This document shows, piece by piece, positions 41,697 to 54,984 of a stretch of 64,000 nucleotides of DNA (positions are counted from its first letter, which is position 1; each line of letters opens with the position of its first letter). Origin of the DNA: Octopus vulgaris (Eukaryota); the NCBI GenBank assembly GCA_951406725.2, contig OX597840.1, forward strand, positions 5,208,001 through 5,272,000, in the 5' to 3' direction. A program made the translations under genes and the position numbers. The notes under the pieces were generated by a model. The model saw only the letters and a program-made list of their open reading frames with translations, was not told the origin of the DNA and made no database searches.

Positions 41697-42095
41697 GTGT
41701 ATATATATAAATACATATATGCATGTATAAAATATACATATATGCATGTATATGTATATGCATATATATATATGTGTGTGTGTATGTATATATATATATA
41801 TATATATATGTATATAGGTGTATGTGTGTGTATGTATATATGTATATATATATAAACATACATAAATATATATACACACACACATATATATGTATATACA
41901 TATATATATATATACATAGATATAGATATCTATATATATATATATATATGTATATAATGTATATATAGATACATGTATATACACACACATGTACGTATAC
42001 ATACTTGTACATAATTACATATATCTGTGCGTATATACACGTACAGACGTATATTTATACACATATATTCATGTATATAGATATATTTAAATATA

Positions 42096-42182
<87 letters not shown>

Positions 42183-42534
42183 TCTTTAAACTCTTTAAAG
42201 TGTTTCAGCTTCAAAGATGCGGTCATGCTGGGGCAACATCGTTCACTGTGTTACATTAATGAAAAACGTTTGTAGATATATATATATGTATGAATGTATG
42301 TATGTATGTATGTATGTATGTATGTGTGTGTGTGTGTGTTTGTGTATGTATGTATATAAATATATGTGTGTATGTGTGTGTATATATATATGTATATATT
42401 TATGTGTGTGTGTTTTTATATATATATACGCACGCACACATACACACATACATACATACATACATACATACATACATACATACATACATACATACATACA
42501 TACATACATACATACACACACACGTATATATCGA

Positions 42535-42925
42535 CGCAGGCATGGCTGTGCGGTAAGAAGCTTACTTCTCAACCTCATGATTCCGGGTTCAGTCCCGCTG
42601 TATAACACTTTGTGCAAGTGTCTTCTAATATAGCCCCGGGACGACTATGGCCTTGTAAGAGGATGCTGTAGAGGGAAAATAAAAGAAGTCCGCATATATA
42701 TGTCTATGTATATATGTATATGTTTGTGTGTCTGTGTTTATCCGCCCACCGTAGCTTGACAACAGATGGTGGTGTGTTTATGTCCCCGTAAGTTATAATT
42801 TCGGCGAAACGGGCCGATGGAATAAGTACTAGACTTAGAAAAAGGAATCCCTGGGGTCGATTTGTTCGACTAAAGGCGGTGTTCAAGCATGGCCGCAGTC
42901 GAATGACTGAAACAAATAAAAGAAT
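42535..42925 (+). mobile_element. SINE family A, diverged
   Basis: Family homology. Confidence 0.8.
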
Positions 42926-43211
42926 ATATATATGTATATATTTATATTTATATATGATTGATTGATTGAATCAATCAATCAATCAATCAATCATATAAAT
43001 ATATATATATACACACACATATATATATAAATACATATATATATATGCATATACGTATATATACATACATATATATATACATATACATATGTATATATAT
43101 ATATATACCGGAGTAAACACATAAATGTGAAACAAGGTGGAAAAAAGAGTACTCAAATACCAGTGGTAGAGTAATATGCTTTATTTTAAGCAGCAGAAAA
43201 ATCAACAAAAT

Positions 43212-43249
43212 CTGTTACTCTGAGTTTCTCGTTGCCGTTCATCAGACAG
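43212..43249 (-). ncRNA. Type I hammerhead ribozyme-like fold (left arm)
   Basis: Reverse complement ctgt-CTGATGA-acg-gcaa-cga-GAAA-ctc-a-gag-TA-acag. Confidence 0.7.
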
Positions 43250-43555
43250 TTTTTGCTAGAATGGAACATATATATTAATTCAATCTATACTCTTACAAAC
43301 GCTACACCTTTAAAAAGAAATGGACTTGTTTGATTGGCCCTTTAGAAAAAACGGTCAATCTTCGAGCGATAAACAAAAAGGTCAAAAATATAAGTTTTTT
43401 TATATATATATACATATATTTTTGACCTTTTTGTTTATCGCTCGAAGATTGACCGTTTTTTCTAAAGGGCAATCAAACAAGTCCATTTCTTTTTAAAGGT
43501 GTAGCGTTTGTAAGAGTATAGATTGAATTAATATATATGTTCCATTCTAGCAAAA

Positions 43556-43593
43556 CTGTCTGATGAACGGCAACGAGAAACTCAGAGTAACAG
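43556..43593 (+). ncRNA. Type I hammerhead ribozyme-like fold (right arm)
   Basis: ctgt-CTGATGA-acg-gcaa-cga-GAAA-ctc-a-gag-TA-acag; A/A mismatch closes stem II. Confidence 0.7.
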
Positions 43594-43625
43594 ATTTTGT
43601 TGATTTTTCTGCTGCTTAAAATAAA

Positions 43626-43674
<49 letters not shown>

Positions 43675-43795
43675 CATATCTATATACATATATGTATATA
43701 TATATATATATAAATACTAATATATATGCATATATGTATATATATATATATAAATACATATATATATATATATATATATGCATATATGTATATAT

Positions 43796-43858
<63 letters not shown>

Positions 43859-43894
43859 CATACATATATATATATATATACATATATATATGTA

Positions 43895-45010
43895 ACTTTG
43901 ATAACTTTGATAGGTTTCGGCCAGTTTAGGCCCAGGCCATGTCTGACTTAATTGTACCACCTGGTGAGGTCTTTTAGTCATACATGGAGCACCATCGCCC
44001 ACTCTAGGAAAGAGTGATTATTGTTGGAGACATATCCGGGTGTAGGAGGTGGGTCCGGGATTTTTTGAAGAAATTTGTCCAGTGAACATTTGAATTTTTT
44101 GGGAACTGTTTCCGTTTTGTCGTTTTTTTGGTGTGGTATTAAAGAGAGCTGGACCGGTTGAGGCATATATATCTTTGCTATCCACAAGGGGCTAAACATA
44201 GATGGGACAAACAAGGACAGACAAACGGATTAAGTCGATTACATCGACCCCAGTACGTAACTGGTACTTAATTTATCGACCCCGAAAGGATGAAAGGCAA
44301 AGTCGACCTCGGCGGAATTTGAACTCAGAACAGTAACGACAGACAAAATACGGCTACGCATTTCGCCCGGCGTGCTAACGTTTCTGCCAGCTCGCCGCCT
44401 TGTGACGTAATGTTGCTATGTGTACCGTGTTCGATTTTTGTAGTGGGCGAATAGCACGGGGACCAAGTCTTGGATGGATTTTAAAGTTGATGCCAACATC
44501 ATTTGTGGAATGTTGATGGAATATTTTGCACATAACACAAATGATGTAGCGCTCCCGGCAGCGTTGGAGAGAATAGGGATTGAGTTTTTTTTTAGTCGAC
44601 CCCAATAGTGAATGCCTCTCATACCGTCTATCTTTCTTGTTTTTGACCTCTGGAGTGCTTCTACTTTCATAATGAGTTGCTTCGTATGAGGGGACCACAG
44701 TGGGTAACAGTATTCAAGGTGGGGTCGGGTAAAAATAGAGTAGAGAAGGATGACGGTGTAGGCATCTCTTGACCGGAACGTTCTCAGAAACAGGAGCACA
44801 TCTTGCAGGCCAAATCAACCTTGCTGTTTACGTGGGAACTGCAGCTTAGGTTGTTATCAACAATTACTCCAAGGTCTCTGGTGTTCCTGGATGACATTAG
44901 GGAATCGCCCGATGGAAGAGCATGTGGTAATTTCAGAGCTTCCTCTTTTCCAAAGTGGATCAAATCAAACTTACCTTCATTTAAAAGTATATAGGTTTTT
45001 TTTCCGTTCA
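43895..45010 (-). mobile_element. CR1-like LINE, RT C-terminal region and 3' tail, interrupted by SINE B (44172-44399)
   Basis: LNEGKFDLIHFG..RDLGVIVDNNLS; LRTFRSRD..LLYSIFTRPHLEYCYPLWSPH..KVEALQRSKTRKIDGM..YW.RLKK; FKCSLDKFLQKIPDPP; tail (tatcaaag)2. Confidence 0.88.
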
Positions 45011-45109
45011 TTGGACACTAGCAAACAGATCTGGCTGAAGGCATGTTCGGTCTCCCATGCCGTTTATGGCCTTCTGGAATTTGGAATCATCTGCAAAGAT
45101 TATATATTT

Positions 45110-45147
<38 letters not shown>

Positions 45148-45310
45148 ATTCTTTATCGAGTGAGAAAACGATATGGACGTTTTGTTTTGGTGTCTCGCAA
45201 TGCCATATACGCCTATGAGGAGTTACTTTCCCAATGAAACTCAGTTTTTTCCCAAACTTTTTCTCAAACCTGCTATAATGTGATACATGTCCTTGGTGTG
45301 GTAATTGTAC

Positions 45311-45397
45311 GCGGCTGAAGAAGGCTTTTGACCTCGCAGTTATATCAATTATGCATTGATATAAGCTGTTCAATAAAGCCCGAAACATATGTACCGC
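45311..45397 (+). ncRNA. Type I hammerhead ribozyme-like fold with long stem II hairpin
   Basis: gcgg-CTGAAGA-aggcttt...cagttatatcaat-tatgc-attgatataagctg...aaagcc-c-GAAA-cat-atg-TA-ccgc. Confidence 0.75.
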
Positions 45398-45469
45398 AGA
45401 ATCCTTTGCGTCCTGTTTTTCTTTTGATACATACATATGTCGTTTCGTTTCTTTTCTTTTCTCCCAGTA

Positions 45470-45518
<49 letters not shown>

Positions 45519-45721
45519 GCACATACACACATGCACATACCTATATGTGCATGTACATGTATATATATACTGACATATATGTGCGTATGTGTGTGTACAT
45601 GCGGGCATGTCTGTCTCAATATATATGTGTATATATATATCTTCATGTACAGTATTGTATTACAGACATTTAGCTAAATACACACTTGTATGCATGTGTG
45701 TGTATGTATGTATGTATGTAT

Positions 45722-45846
45722 AGGCGCAGGAGTGGCTGTGTGGTATGTAGCTTGCTTACCAACCACATGGTTCAGTCCCATTACGTGGCACCTTGGGCAG
45801 GGGCCGAGTGGATTCGGTAGACGGAAACTGAAAGAAGCCCGTCGTA
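45722..45846 (+). mobile_element. SINE family A 5' part with internal deletions
   Basis: aggcgcaggagtggctgtgtgg head. Confidence 0.75.
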
Positions 45847-45856
45847 TATATGTATG

Positions 45857-45901
<45 letters not shown>

Positions 45902-46099
45902 CATACAACCCACTTGAAATAAATCGTTTTCAAAATCTCTTCGTCAGCTGAAGAACACATTGTATTCGTGTGAAATTCGATACTGTGGTCATTGCTGGAA
46001 TGTCTTTAGCCATAGCTGTGTTTACTTGGAATATACTTACTCCGTCCTTCATCAGTGTGATTTTGCTTGTCCTTGCACCATCCTTATTTCAGACAACGC

Positions 46100-46987
46100 T
46101 GCCCCCCCCCGCGCCACTGCCAGTACCACCGTGACCATCATCACAGCAGCAAACACAGAACGGCTGCCTCCGTCTCTGTCACCGCTACCACGGCACCCAC
46201 CACCACAACAATCCTCTCTTTTAAGGATTACTACTACCATTCCGACCACGACCTTCACCACTGCGGTCACACTATTACACACCTCCGTCTCCATCGTCAT
46301 CGGCGCGTAATTTCTCCTCAGCACCACCACCACCACCACCACCAGCATCACCACCACCCCACCACCACCACCACGAACACCACATCCACCACCACCGCCA
46401 CCACCAGCATCAACACCACCATTACCAACACCACCACCACCACGGCCACCACCATCACCAACACCACCACCACCACCGCCACCACCACCACAACCATTAG
46501 GACAATCACCATTGCAGCCATTTGTGCCGTTGTCGCCACCGCCGCTACAAACCACTATCATCACTACTACCACCACCATCACAATCCCCACCACCACCAC
46601 CACCACCGCTATAATCACTACTTATCCACCCCCACCACCTCTGCTATATCCATCACAACCACCATCGCTGTCACTAACACCTCCAACACCCCCATGCTTA
46701 GTAAGCTATGCGGTGTCCATCCATGCCGTCACCCCGTAAACCGCAACTACCTCAGACTGCCACTAGAGAACCATCACCGCTACAAACCATCGCCACTACT
46801 ACCTCCACTACCTCCACCACCACCAGCTACACCCTTCACGTGAACCGCCACCACCTCAGAGACTGCTACAACCACCATCTCCATCACCATCATGTATACA
46901 ATCATTACCTCACACTACTACCGCCACAATCATCACATCTCCTCCACCACAATCACTATCGCTATCTCCACCTCCAGGACCAACCAC
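46100..46987. repeat. Degenerate (CCA/CAC)n low-complexity tract
   Basis: Direct inspection. Confidence 0.8.
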
Positions 46988-49900
46988 CCTTTGCCGCCTC
47001 CATCTCTACCACTATTGCCGCCTCCATCTCTTCCACCTTTGCCGCCTCCATCTCTATCACCTTTGCCGCCTCCATCTCTATCACCATTGCCGCCTCCATC
47101 ACTACCACCTTTGCCGCCTCCATCTCTATCACCTTTGCCGCCTCCATCTCTACCGCCTTTGCCGCCTCCATCTTTATCACCTTTGCCGCCTCCATCTCTA
47201 TCACCTTTGCCGCCTCCATCTCTACCGCCTTTGCCGCCTCCATCTTTATCACCTTTGCAGCCTCCATCTCTACCACTATTGCCGCCTCCATCTCTACCAC
47301 CTTTTGCCGCCTCCATCTCTACCACCTTTGCCGCCTCCATCTCTATCACCTTTGCCGCCTCCATCTCTACCGCCTTTGCCGCCTCAATCTCTATCACCTT
47401 TGCCGCCTCCATCTCTGTCATCTTTGCTGCCTCCATCTCTACCACCTTTTGCTGCCTCCATCTCTACCATCATTGCCGCCTCCATCTCTACCACTTTTGC
47501 CACCTCCATCTCTGTCATCTTAGCCGCGTCCATCTCTACCACCTTTTGCCGCCTCCATCTCTACCACCTTTGCCGCCTCCATCTCTATCACCTTTTGCCG
47601 CCTCCATCTCTACCGCTTTTTGCCGCCTCCATCTCTACCACCTTTGCCGCCTCCATCTCTATCACCTTAGCCGCCTCCATCTCTACCGCCTTTGCCGCCT
47701 CCATCTCTACCGCCTTTTGCCGCCTCCATCTCTACCATCATTGCCGCCTCCATCTCTACCACTTTTGCCACCTCCATCTCTGTCATCTTAGCCGCGTCCA
47801 TCTCTACCACCTTTTGCCGCCTCCATCTCTACCACCTTTGCCGCCTCCATCTCTACCGCCTTTTGCCGCCTCCATCTCTACCACCTTTGCCGCCTCCATC
47901 TCTACCACCTTTGCCGCCTCCATCTCTACCACCTTGGCCGCCTCCATCTCTACCAACTTTTTCGCCTCCATCTCTACCACCTTTGCAGCCTCCATCTCTA
48001 TCACCTTTGCCGCCTCCATCTCTACCGCCTTTGCCGGCTCCATCTCTATCACCTTTGCCGCCTCCATCTCTGTCACCTTTGCCGCCTCCATCTCTACCAC
48101 CTTTTGCCGCCTCCATCTCTACCGCCTTTGTCACTTCCATCTCTATCACCTTAGTCGCCTCCATCTCTACCGCCTTTGCCGCCTCCATCTCCATCACCTT
48201 TGCCGCCTCCATCTCTGTCATCTTTGCCGCCTCCATCTCTACCACCTTTTGCCGCCTCCATCTCTACCACCTTTTGCCGCCTCCACCTCTACCGCCTTTG
48301 CCGCCTCCATCTCTATCACCTTTGCCGCCTCCATCTCTATCACCTTTGCCGCCTCCATCTCTACCACCTTTGCCGCCTCCATCTCTACCACCATTGACGC
48401 CTCCATCTCTATCACCTTTCGCCGCCTCCATCTCTGCGAACTTTGCCGCCTCCATCTCTATCACCTTTTGCCGCCTCCATCTCTACCACCTTTGCCGCCT
48501 CCATCTCTTCCACCTTTTCCGCCTCCATCTCTATCACCTTTGCCGCCTCCATCTCTATCACCTTTGCCGCCTCCATCTCTACCGCCTTTGCCGCCTCCAT
48601 CTCTACCACTATTGACGCCTCCATCTCTACCGCCTTTGCCGCCTCAATCTCTACCGCCTTTGCCGCCTCCACCTCTACCACCTTTGCCGCCTCCATCTCT
48701 ATCACCTTTGCCGCCTCCATCTCTGTAATCTTTGCCGCCTCCATCTCTACCACCTTTTGCCGCCTCCATCTCTACCACCTTTGCCGCCCCCATCTCTATC
48801 ACCTCCCGCCTCCATCTCTACCACCTTTGCCGCCTCCATCTCTATCACCTCCCGCCTCCATCTCTACCATCATTGCCGCCTCCATCTCTACCGCCTTTTA
48901 CCGCCTCCATCTCTACCACCTTTTGCCGCCTCCATCTCTATCACCTTTGCCGCATCCATCTCTACCACCTTTGCCACCTCCATCTCTATCACCTCCCGCC
49001 TCCATCACTACTACCTTTTGCCGCATCCATCTCTACCGCCTTTGCCGCCCCCATCTCTATCACCTCCCGCCTCCATCTCTACCACCTTTGCCGCCTCCAT
49101 CTCTATCACCTTTGCCGCCTCCATCTCTACCACCTTTGCCGCCTCCATCTCTACCGCCTTTTACCGCCTCCATCTCTACCACCTTTTGCCGCCTCCATCT
49201 CTATCACCTTTGCCGCCTCCATCTCTATCACCTTTGCCGCCTCCATCTCTACCGCCTTTGCCGCCTCCATCTCTATCACCTTTGCCGCCTCCATCTCTAT
49301 CACCTTTGCCGCCTTCATCTCTGCCAACTTTGCCGCCTCCATCTCTACCGCCTTTACCGCCTCCATCTCTATCACCTTTGCCGCCTCCATCTCTACCGCC
49401 TTTGCCCCTCCATCTCTACCACTATTGACGCCTCCATCTCTACCGCCTTTGCCGCCTCAATCTCTATCACTTTTGCCGCCTCCACCTCTACCACCTTTGC
49501 CGCCTCCATCTCTACCACCTTTGCGCCTCCATCTCTACAACCTTTGCCGCCTCCATCTGTATCACCTTTGCCGCCTCCATCTCTACCGCCTTTGCCGCCT
49601 CCATCTCTATCACCTTAGCCGCCTACATCTCTACGCCTTTGCCGCCTTCATCTCTATCACCTTTGCCGCCTCCATCTCTGTAATCTTTGCCGCCTCCATC
49701 TCTACCACCTTTTGCCGCCTCCATCTCTACCACCTTTGCCGCCCCCATCTCTATCACCTCCCGCCTCCATCTCTACCACCTTTGCCGCCTCCATCTCTAT
49801 CACCTCCCGCCTCCATCTCTACCACCTTTGCCGCCTCCATCTCTACCACCTTTTGCCGCCTCCATCTCTATCACCTTTGCCGCCTCCATCTCTACCACCT

Positions 49901-52900
49901 TTGCCACCTCCATCTCTATCACCTCCCGCCTCCATCACCACTACCTTTTGCCGCATCCATCTCTACCGCCTTTGCCGCCCCCATCTCTATCACCTCCCGC
50001 CTCCATCTCTACCACCTTTTGCCGCCTCCATCTCTATCACCTCCCGCCTCCATCTCTACCACCTTTGCCGCCTCCATCTCTACAGCCTTTTACCGCCTCC
50101 ATCTCTACCACCTTTTGCCGCCTCCATCTCTATCACCTTTGCCGCCTCCATCTCTATCACCTTTGCCGCCTCCATCTCTACCGCCTTTGCCGCCTCCATC
50201 TCTACCACCTTTGCCGCCTCCATCTCTATCACCTTTGCCGCCTCCATCTCTATCACCTTTGCCGCCTCCATCTCTATCACCTCCCGCCTCCATCTCTACC
50301 ACCTTTGCCGCCTCCATCTCTACCACCTTTTGCCGCCTCCATCTCTATCACCTTTGCCGCCTCCATCTCTACCACCTTTGCCGCCTCCATCTCTATCACC
50401 TCCCGCCTCCATCACCACTACCTTTTGCCGCATCCATCTCTACCGCCTTTGCCGCCCCATCTCTATCACCTCCGCCCTCATCTCTACCTTTTGCCGCCTC
50501 CATCTCTATCACCTCCCGCCTCCATCTCTACCACCTTTGCCGCCTCCATCTCTACCGCCTTTGCCGCCTCCATCTCTATCACCTTTGCCGCCTCCATCTC
50601 TACCACCTTTGCCGCCTCCATCTCTATCACCTTTGCCGCCTCCATCTCTATCACCTTTGCCGCCTCCATCTCTACCGCCTTTGCCGCCTCCATCTCTACC
50701 ACTATTGACGCCTCCATCTCTATCACCTTTGCCGCCTCCATCTTTACCGCCTTTGCCGCCTCCATCTCTATCACCTTTGCCGCCTCCATCTCTATCACCA
50801 TTGCCGCCTCCATCTCCACCACCTTTGCCGCCTCCACCTCTACCACCTTTGCCGCCTCCATCTCTACCACCTTTGCCGCCTCCATCTCTATCACCTTTGC
50901 CGCCTCCACCTCTACCACCTTTGCCGCCTCCATCTCTATCTCCTGCCTTTGCCGCCTCCATCTCTATCACCTTTGCCGCCTCCATCTCTACCACCTTTGC
51001 CGCCTCCATCTCTACCACCATTGACGCCTCCATCTCTATCACCTTTCGCCGCCTCCATCTCTGCGAACTTTGCCGCCTCCATCTCTATCACCTTTGCCGC
51101 CTCCATCTCTACCACCTTTACCGCCTCCATCTCTATCACCTTTGCCACCTCCATCTCTATCACCTTTGCCGCCTCCATCTCTACCGCCTTTGCCACCTCC
51201 ATCTCTACCACTATTGACGCCTCCATCTCTACCGCCTTTGCCGCCTCAATCTCTACCGCCTTTGCCGCCTCCACCTCTACCACCTTTGCCGCCTCCATCT
51301 CTACCACCTTTGCCGCCTCCATCTCTATCACCTTTGCCGCCTCCACCTCTACCACCTTTGCCGCCTCCATCTCTACCACTATTGACGCCTCCATCTCTAC
51401 CGCCTTTGCCGCCTCCATCTCTACCACTATTGACGCCTCCATCTCTACCGCCTTTGCCGCCTCCATCTCTATCACCTTTGCCGCCTCCATCTCTACCGCC
51501 TTTGCCGCCTCCATCTCTATCACCTTAGCCGCCTACATCTCTACGCCTTTGCCGCCTTCATCTCTATCACCTTTGCCGCCTCCAACTCTGTAATCTTTGC
51601 CGCCTCCATCTCTACCACCTTTTGCCGCCTCCATCTCTACCACCTTTGCCGCCCCCATCTCTATCACCTCCCGCCTCCATCTCTACCACCTTTGCCGCCT
51701 CCATCTCTATCACCTCCCGCCTCCATCTCTACCACCTTTGCCGCCTCCATCTCTACCGCCTTTTACCGCCTCCATCTCTACCACCTTTTGCCGCCTCCAT
51801 CTCTATCACCTTTGCCGCCTCCATCTCTACCACCTTTGCCGCCTCCATCTCTACCACCTTTGCCGCCTCCATCTCTACCACCTTTTGCCGCCTCCATCTC
51901 TGCCAACTTTGCCGCCTCCATCTCTACCGCCTTAGCCGCCTCCATCTCTATCACCTTTTCCGCCTCCATCTCTATCACCTCCCGCCTCCATCTCTACCGC
52001 CTCTGCCGCCTCCATCTCTGCCACCTTTGCCGCCTCCATCTCTACCGTCTTTGCTGCCTCCATCTCTACCACCTTTGCCGCCTCCATCTCTATCACCTTT
52101 GCCGCCTCCATCTCTATCACCTTTGCCGCCTCCATCTCTACCACCATTGCCGCCTCCATCTCTATCACCTTTGCCGCCTCCATCTCTGCCAACTTTGCCG
52201 CCTCCATCTCTACCGCCTTTGCCGGCTCCATCTCTATCACCTTTTGCCGCCTCCATCTCTTCCACCTTTGCCGCCTCCATCTCTATCACCTTTGCCGCCT
52301 CCATCTCTATCACCTTTACCGCCTCCATCTCTACCGCCTTTGCCGCCTCCATCTCTACCACTATTGACGCCTCCATCTCTACCGCCTTTGCCGCCTCAAT
52401 CTCTACCGACTTTGCCGCCTCCACCTCTACCACCTTTGCCGCCTCCATCTCTACCACCTTTGCCGCCTCCATCTCTATCACCTTTGCCGCCTCCACCTCT
52501 ACCACCTTTGCCGCCTCCATCTCTATCACCTTTGCCCCCTCCATCTCTATCACCTTTGCCGCCTCCATCTCCACCACCTTTGCCGCCTCCATCTCTACCA
52601 CCTTTGCCGCCTCCATCTCTATCACCTTTGCCGCCTCCATCTCTATCACCTTTGCCGCCTCCATCTCTACCGCCTTTGCCGCCTCCACCTCTACCACTAT
52701 TGACGCCTCCATCTCTACCGCCTTTGCCGCCTACATGTCTATCACCTTAGCCGCCTCCATCTCTACCGCCTTTGCCGCCTCCATCTCTACCACTATTGAC
52801 GCCTCCATCTCTACCGCCTTTGCCGCCTCCATCTCTACCACTATTGACGCCTCCATCTCTACCGCCTTTGCCGCCTCAATCTCTATCACCTTAGCCGCCT

Positions 52901-54125
52901 CAATCTCTATCACCTTTGCCGCCTCCATCTCTACCACCATTGCCGCCTCCATTTCTACCGCCTTTGCCGCCTCCATCTCTACCAGCTTTGCCGCCTCCAT
53001 CACTACCGCCTTTGCCGCCTCCATCTCTATCACACTTGCCGCCTCCATCTCTATCACCTTTGCCGCCTCCATCTCTGCCAACTTTGCCGCCTCCATCTCT
53101 ACCACCATTTCCGCCTCCATTTCTACCGCCTTTGCCGCCTCCATCTCTACCAGCTTTGCCGCCTCCATCTCTACCGCCTTTGTCGCCTCCATCTCTATCA
53201 CCCTTGCCGCCTCCATCTCTATCACCTTTGCCGCCTCCATCTCTACCACCTTTGCCGCCTCCATCTCTACCACCTTTGCCGCCTCCATCTCTACCACCTT
53301 TTGCCGCCTCCATCTCTGCCAACTTTGCCGCCTCCATCTCTACCGCCTTAGCCGCCTCCATCTCTATCACCTTTTCCGCCTCCATCTCTACCACCTTTTG
53401 CCGCCTCCATCTCTACCGCCTCTGCCGCCTCCATCTCTGCCACCTTTGCCGCCTCCATCTCTACCGCCTTTGCTGCCTCCATCTCTACCACCTTTGCCGC
53501 CTCCATCTCTATCACCTTTGCCGCCTCCATCTCTATCACCTTTTGCCGCCTCCATCTCTACCACCATTGCCGCCTCCATCTCTATCACCTTTGCCGCCTC
53601 CATCTCTGCCAACTTTGCCGCCTCCATCTCTACCGCCTTTGCCGGCTCCATCTCTATCCCCTTTGCCGCCTCCATCTCTGCCAACTTTGCCGCCTCCATC
53701 TCTACCGCCTTTGCCGGCTCCATCTCTACCACTTTTGCCGCCTCCATCTCTATCACCTTTGCCGCCTCCATCTCTATCACCTTTGCCGCCTCCATCTCTA
53801 TCACCTTTGCCGCCTCCATCTCTATCACCTTTGCCGCCTCCATCTCTACCACCTTTGCCGCCTCCCTCTCTTCCACTTTTGCCGCCTCCATCTCTACCAC
53901 CATTGCCGCCTCCATCTCTACCACCATTGCCGCCTCCATCTCTATCACCTTTGCCCCTCCATCTCTATCACCTTTGCCGCCTCCATCTCTACCGCCTTTG
54001 CCGCCTCCATCTCTACCACCTTTGCCGCCTCCATCTCTACCACCTTTGCCGCCTCCATCTCTTCCACCTTTGCCTCCTCCACCTCTACCACTATTGACAC
54101 CTCCATCACCACCACCCTTGCCGCC
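46988..54125. repeat. ~7.1-kb minisatellite, 24-bp unit TTTGCCGCCTCCATCTCTA(C/T)C(A/G)CC, ~300 copies
   Basis: 8-residue periodicity in translations (LPPPSLPP / FAASISTT / CRLHLYHL / MEAAKVIE / GGRDGGGK); 21- and 25-bp variants. Confidence 0.98.
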
Positions 54126-54357
54126 ACTACTGCTTCGAACATTATCATTACCACCACCACCAATATCATCGCCACTATCTCTATCGCCTCCTCCTCCTCC
54201 CCGTCCCCCCTCCTCCCCAATCAGTTAATCCGGTAACAACTCTTCAATTAGTGAATTAAAAATAAAAAGGACATCAAAGAGCGACAACTGAAATAACGAG
54301 CAAAGTACGCATGCGCACGTCTATCTCTCTTTAGAACTACACATAATCTTCTTACAT

Positions 54358-54362
54358 ACCTG

Positions 54363-54421
<59 letters not shown>

Positions 54422-54494
54422 GTCTGTCTGTCTGTTTGTCTATCTGTCTATCTGTCTGTCTGTCTGTATATCTGTCTATCTGTTTGTTTGTTTG

Positions 54495-54529
<35 letters not shown>

Positions 54530-54590
54530 GTCTGTCTGTATGTCTGTCTATCTGTCTGTCTGTCTGTCTGTTTGTTTGTCTATCTCTTTG
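54358..54590. repeat. (ATCT)/(GTCT)n microsatellite
   Basis: Direct inspection. Confidence 0.9.
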
Positions 54591-54676
54591 GCTATGGCTA
54601 TGTGTCTACATGTCTATACATCTATTTTGTTTTGGTATTAATTATCCACCATTACACGTGTTTCTCTTACTAATAG

Positions 54677-54810
54677 GAATTACAAAGTTGTACATGTAAG
54701 GAATTTCCTACTAGAAATTCTTCAAAGATTGAAATTAAGTAATATTATTTAATTTCTCTGTTTGAAGAATTCTTAATAGGAAATTCCTTACATGTAAAAC
54801 TTTGTAATTC
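54677..54810. repeat. Imperfect spacerless palindrome, 134 bp
   Basis: gaattacaaagttgtacatgtaaggaatttccta ... taggaaattccttacatgtaaaactttgtaattc, centre 54743/54744. Confidence 0.8.
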
Positions 54811-54984
54811 TACGAGTAATGGTGAATAATGATACCAAAGATATATTTCCAAGTTCTTGTTATGTTGTATGTGTGTGTGTGCACGAAGTGACGATACTTT
54901 TTGAGTTCCCAGGGTTTGTAAATATATGGTTGATTTTTGCCCGTGCATATGAGGGCTTACCCAACGAAACCGGAATTTTGCAAT

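Larger units (their letters stand above)
43179..43626. repeat. Near-perfect inverted repeat (214/212-bp arms, 22-bp spacer), Penelope-like
   Basis: 43179-43392 is the reverse complement of 43415-43626; only two 1-bp run-length differences seen. Confidence 0.95.

Noticed and set aside
46988-54125. CRISPR-like array or giant proline-rich/extensin gene
   Set aside because: Units are contiguous with no unique spacers and no cas genes; ORFs swap frames at indel variants and no splice signals were found.
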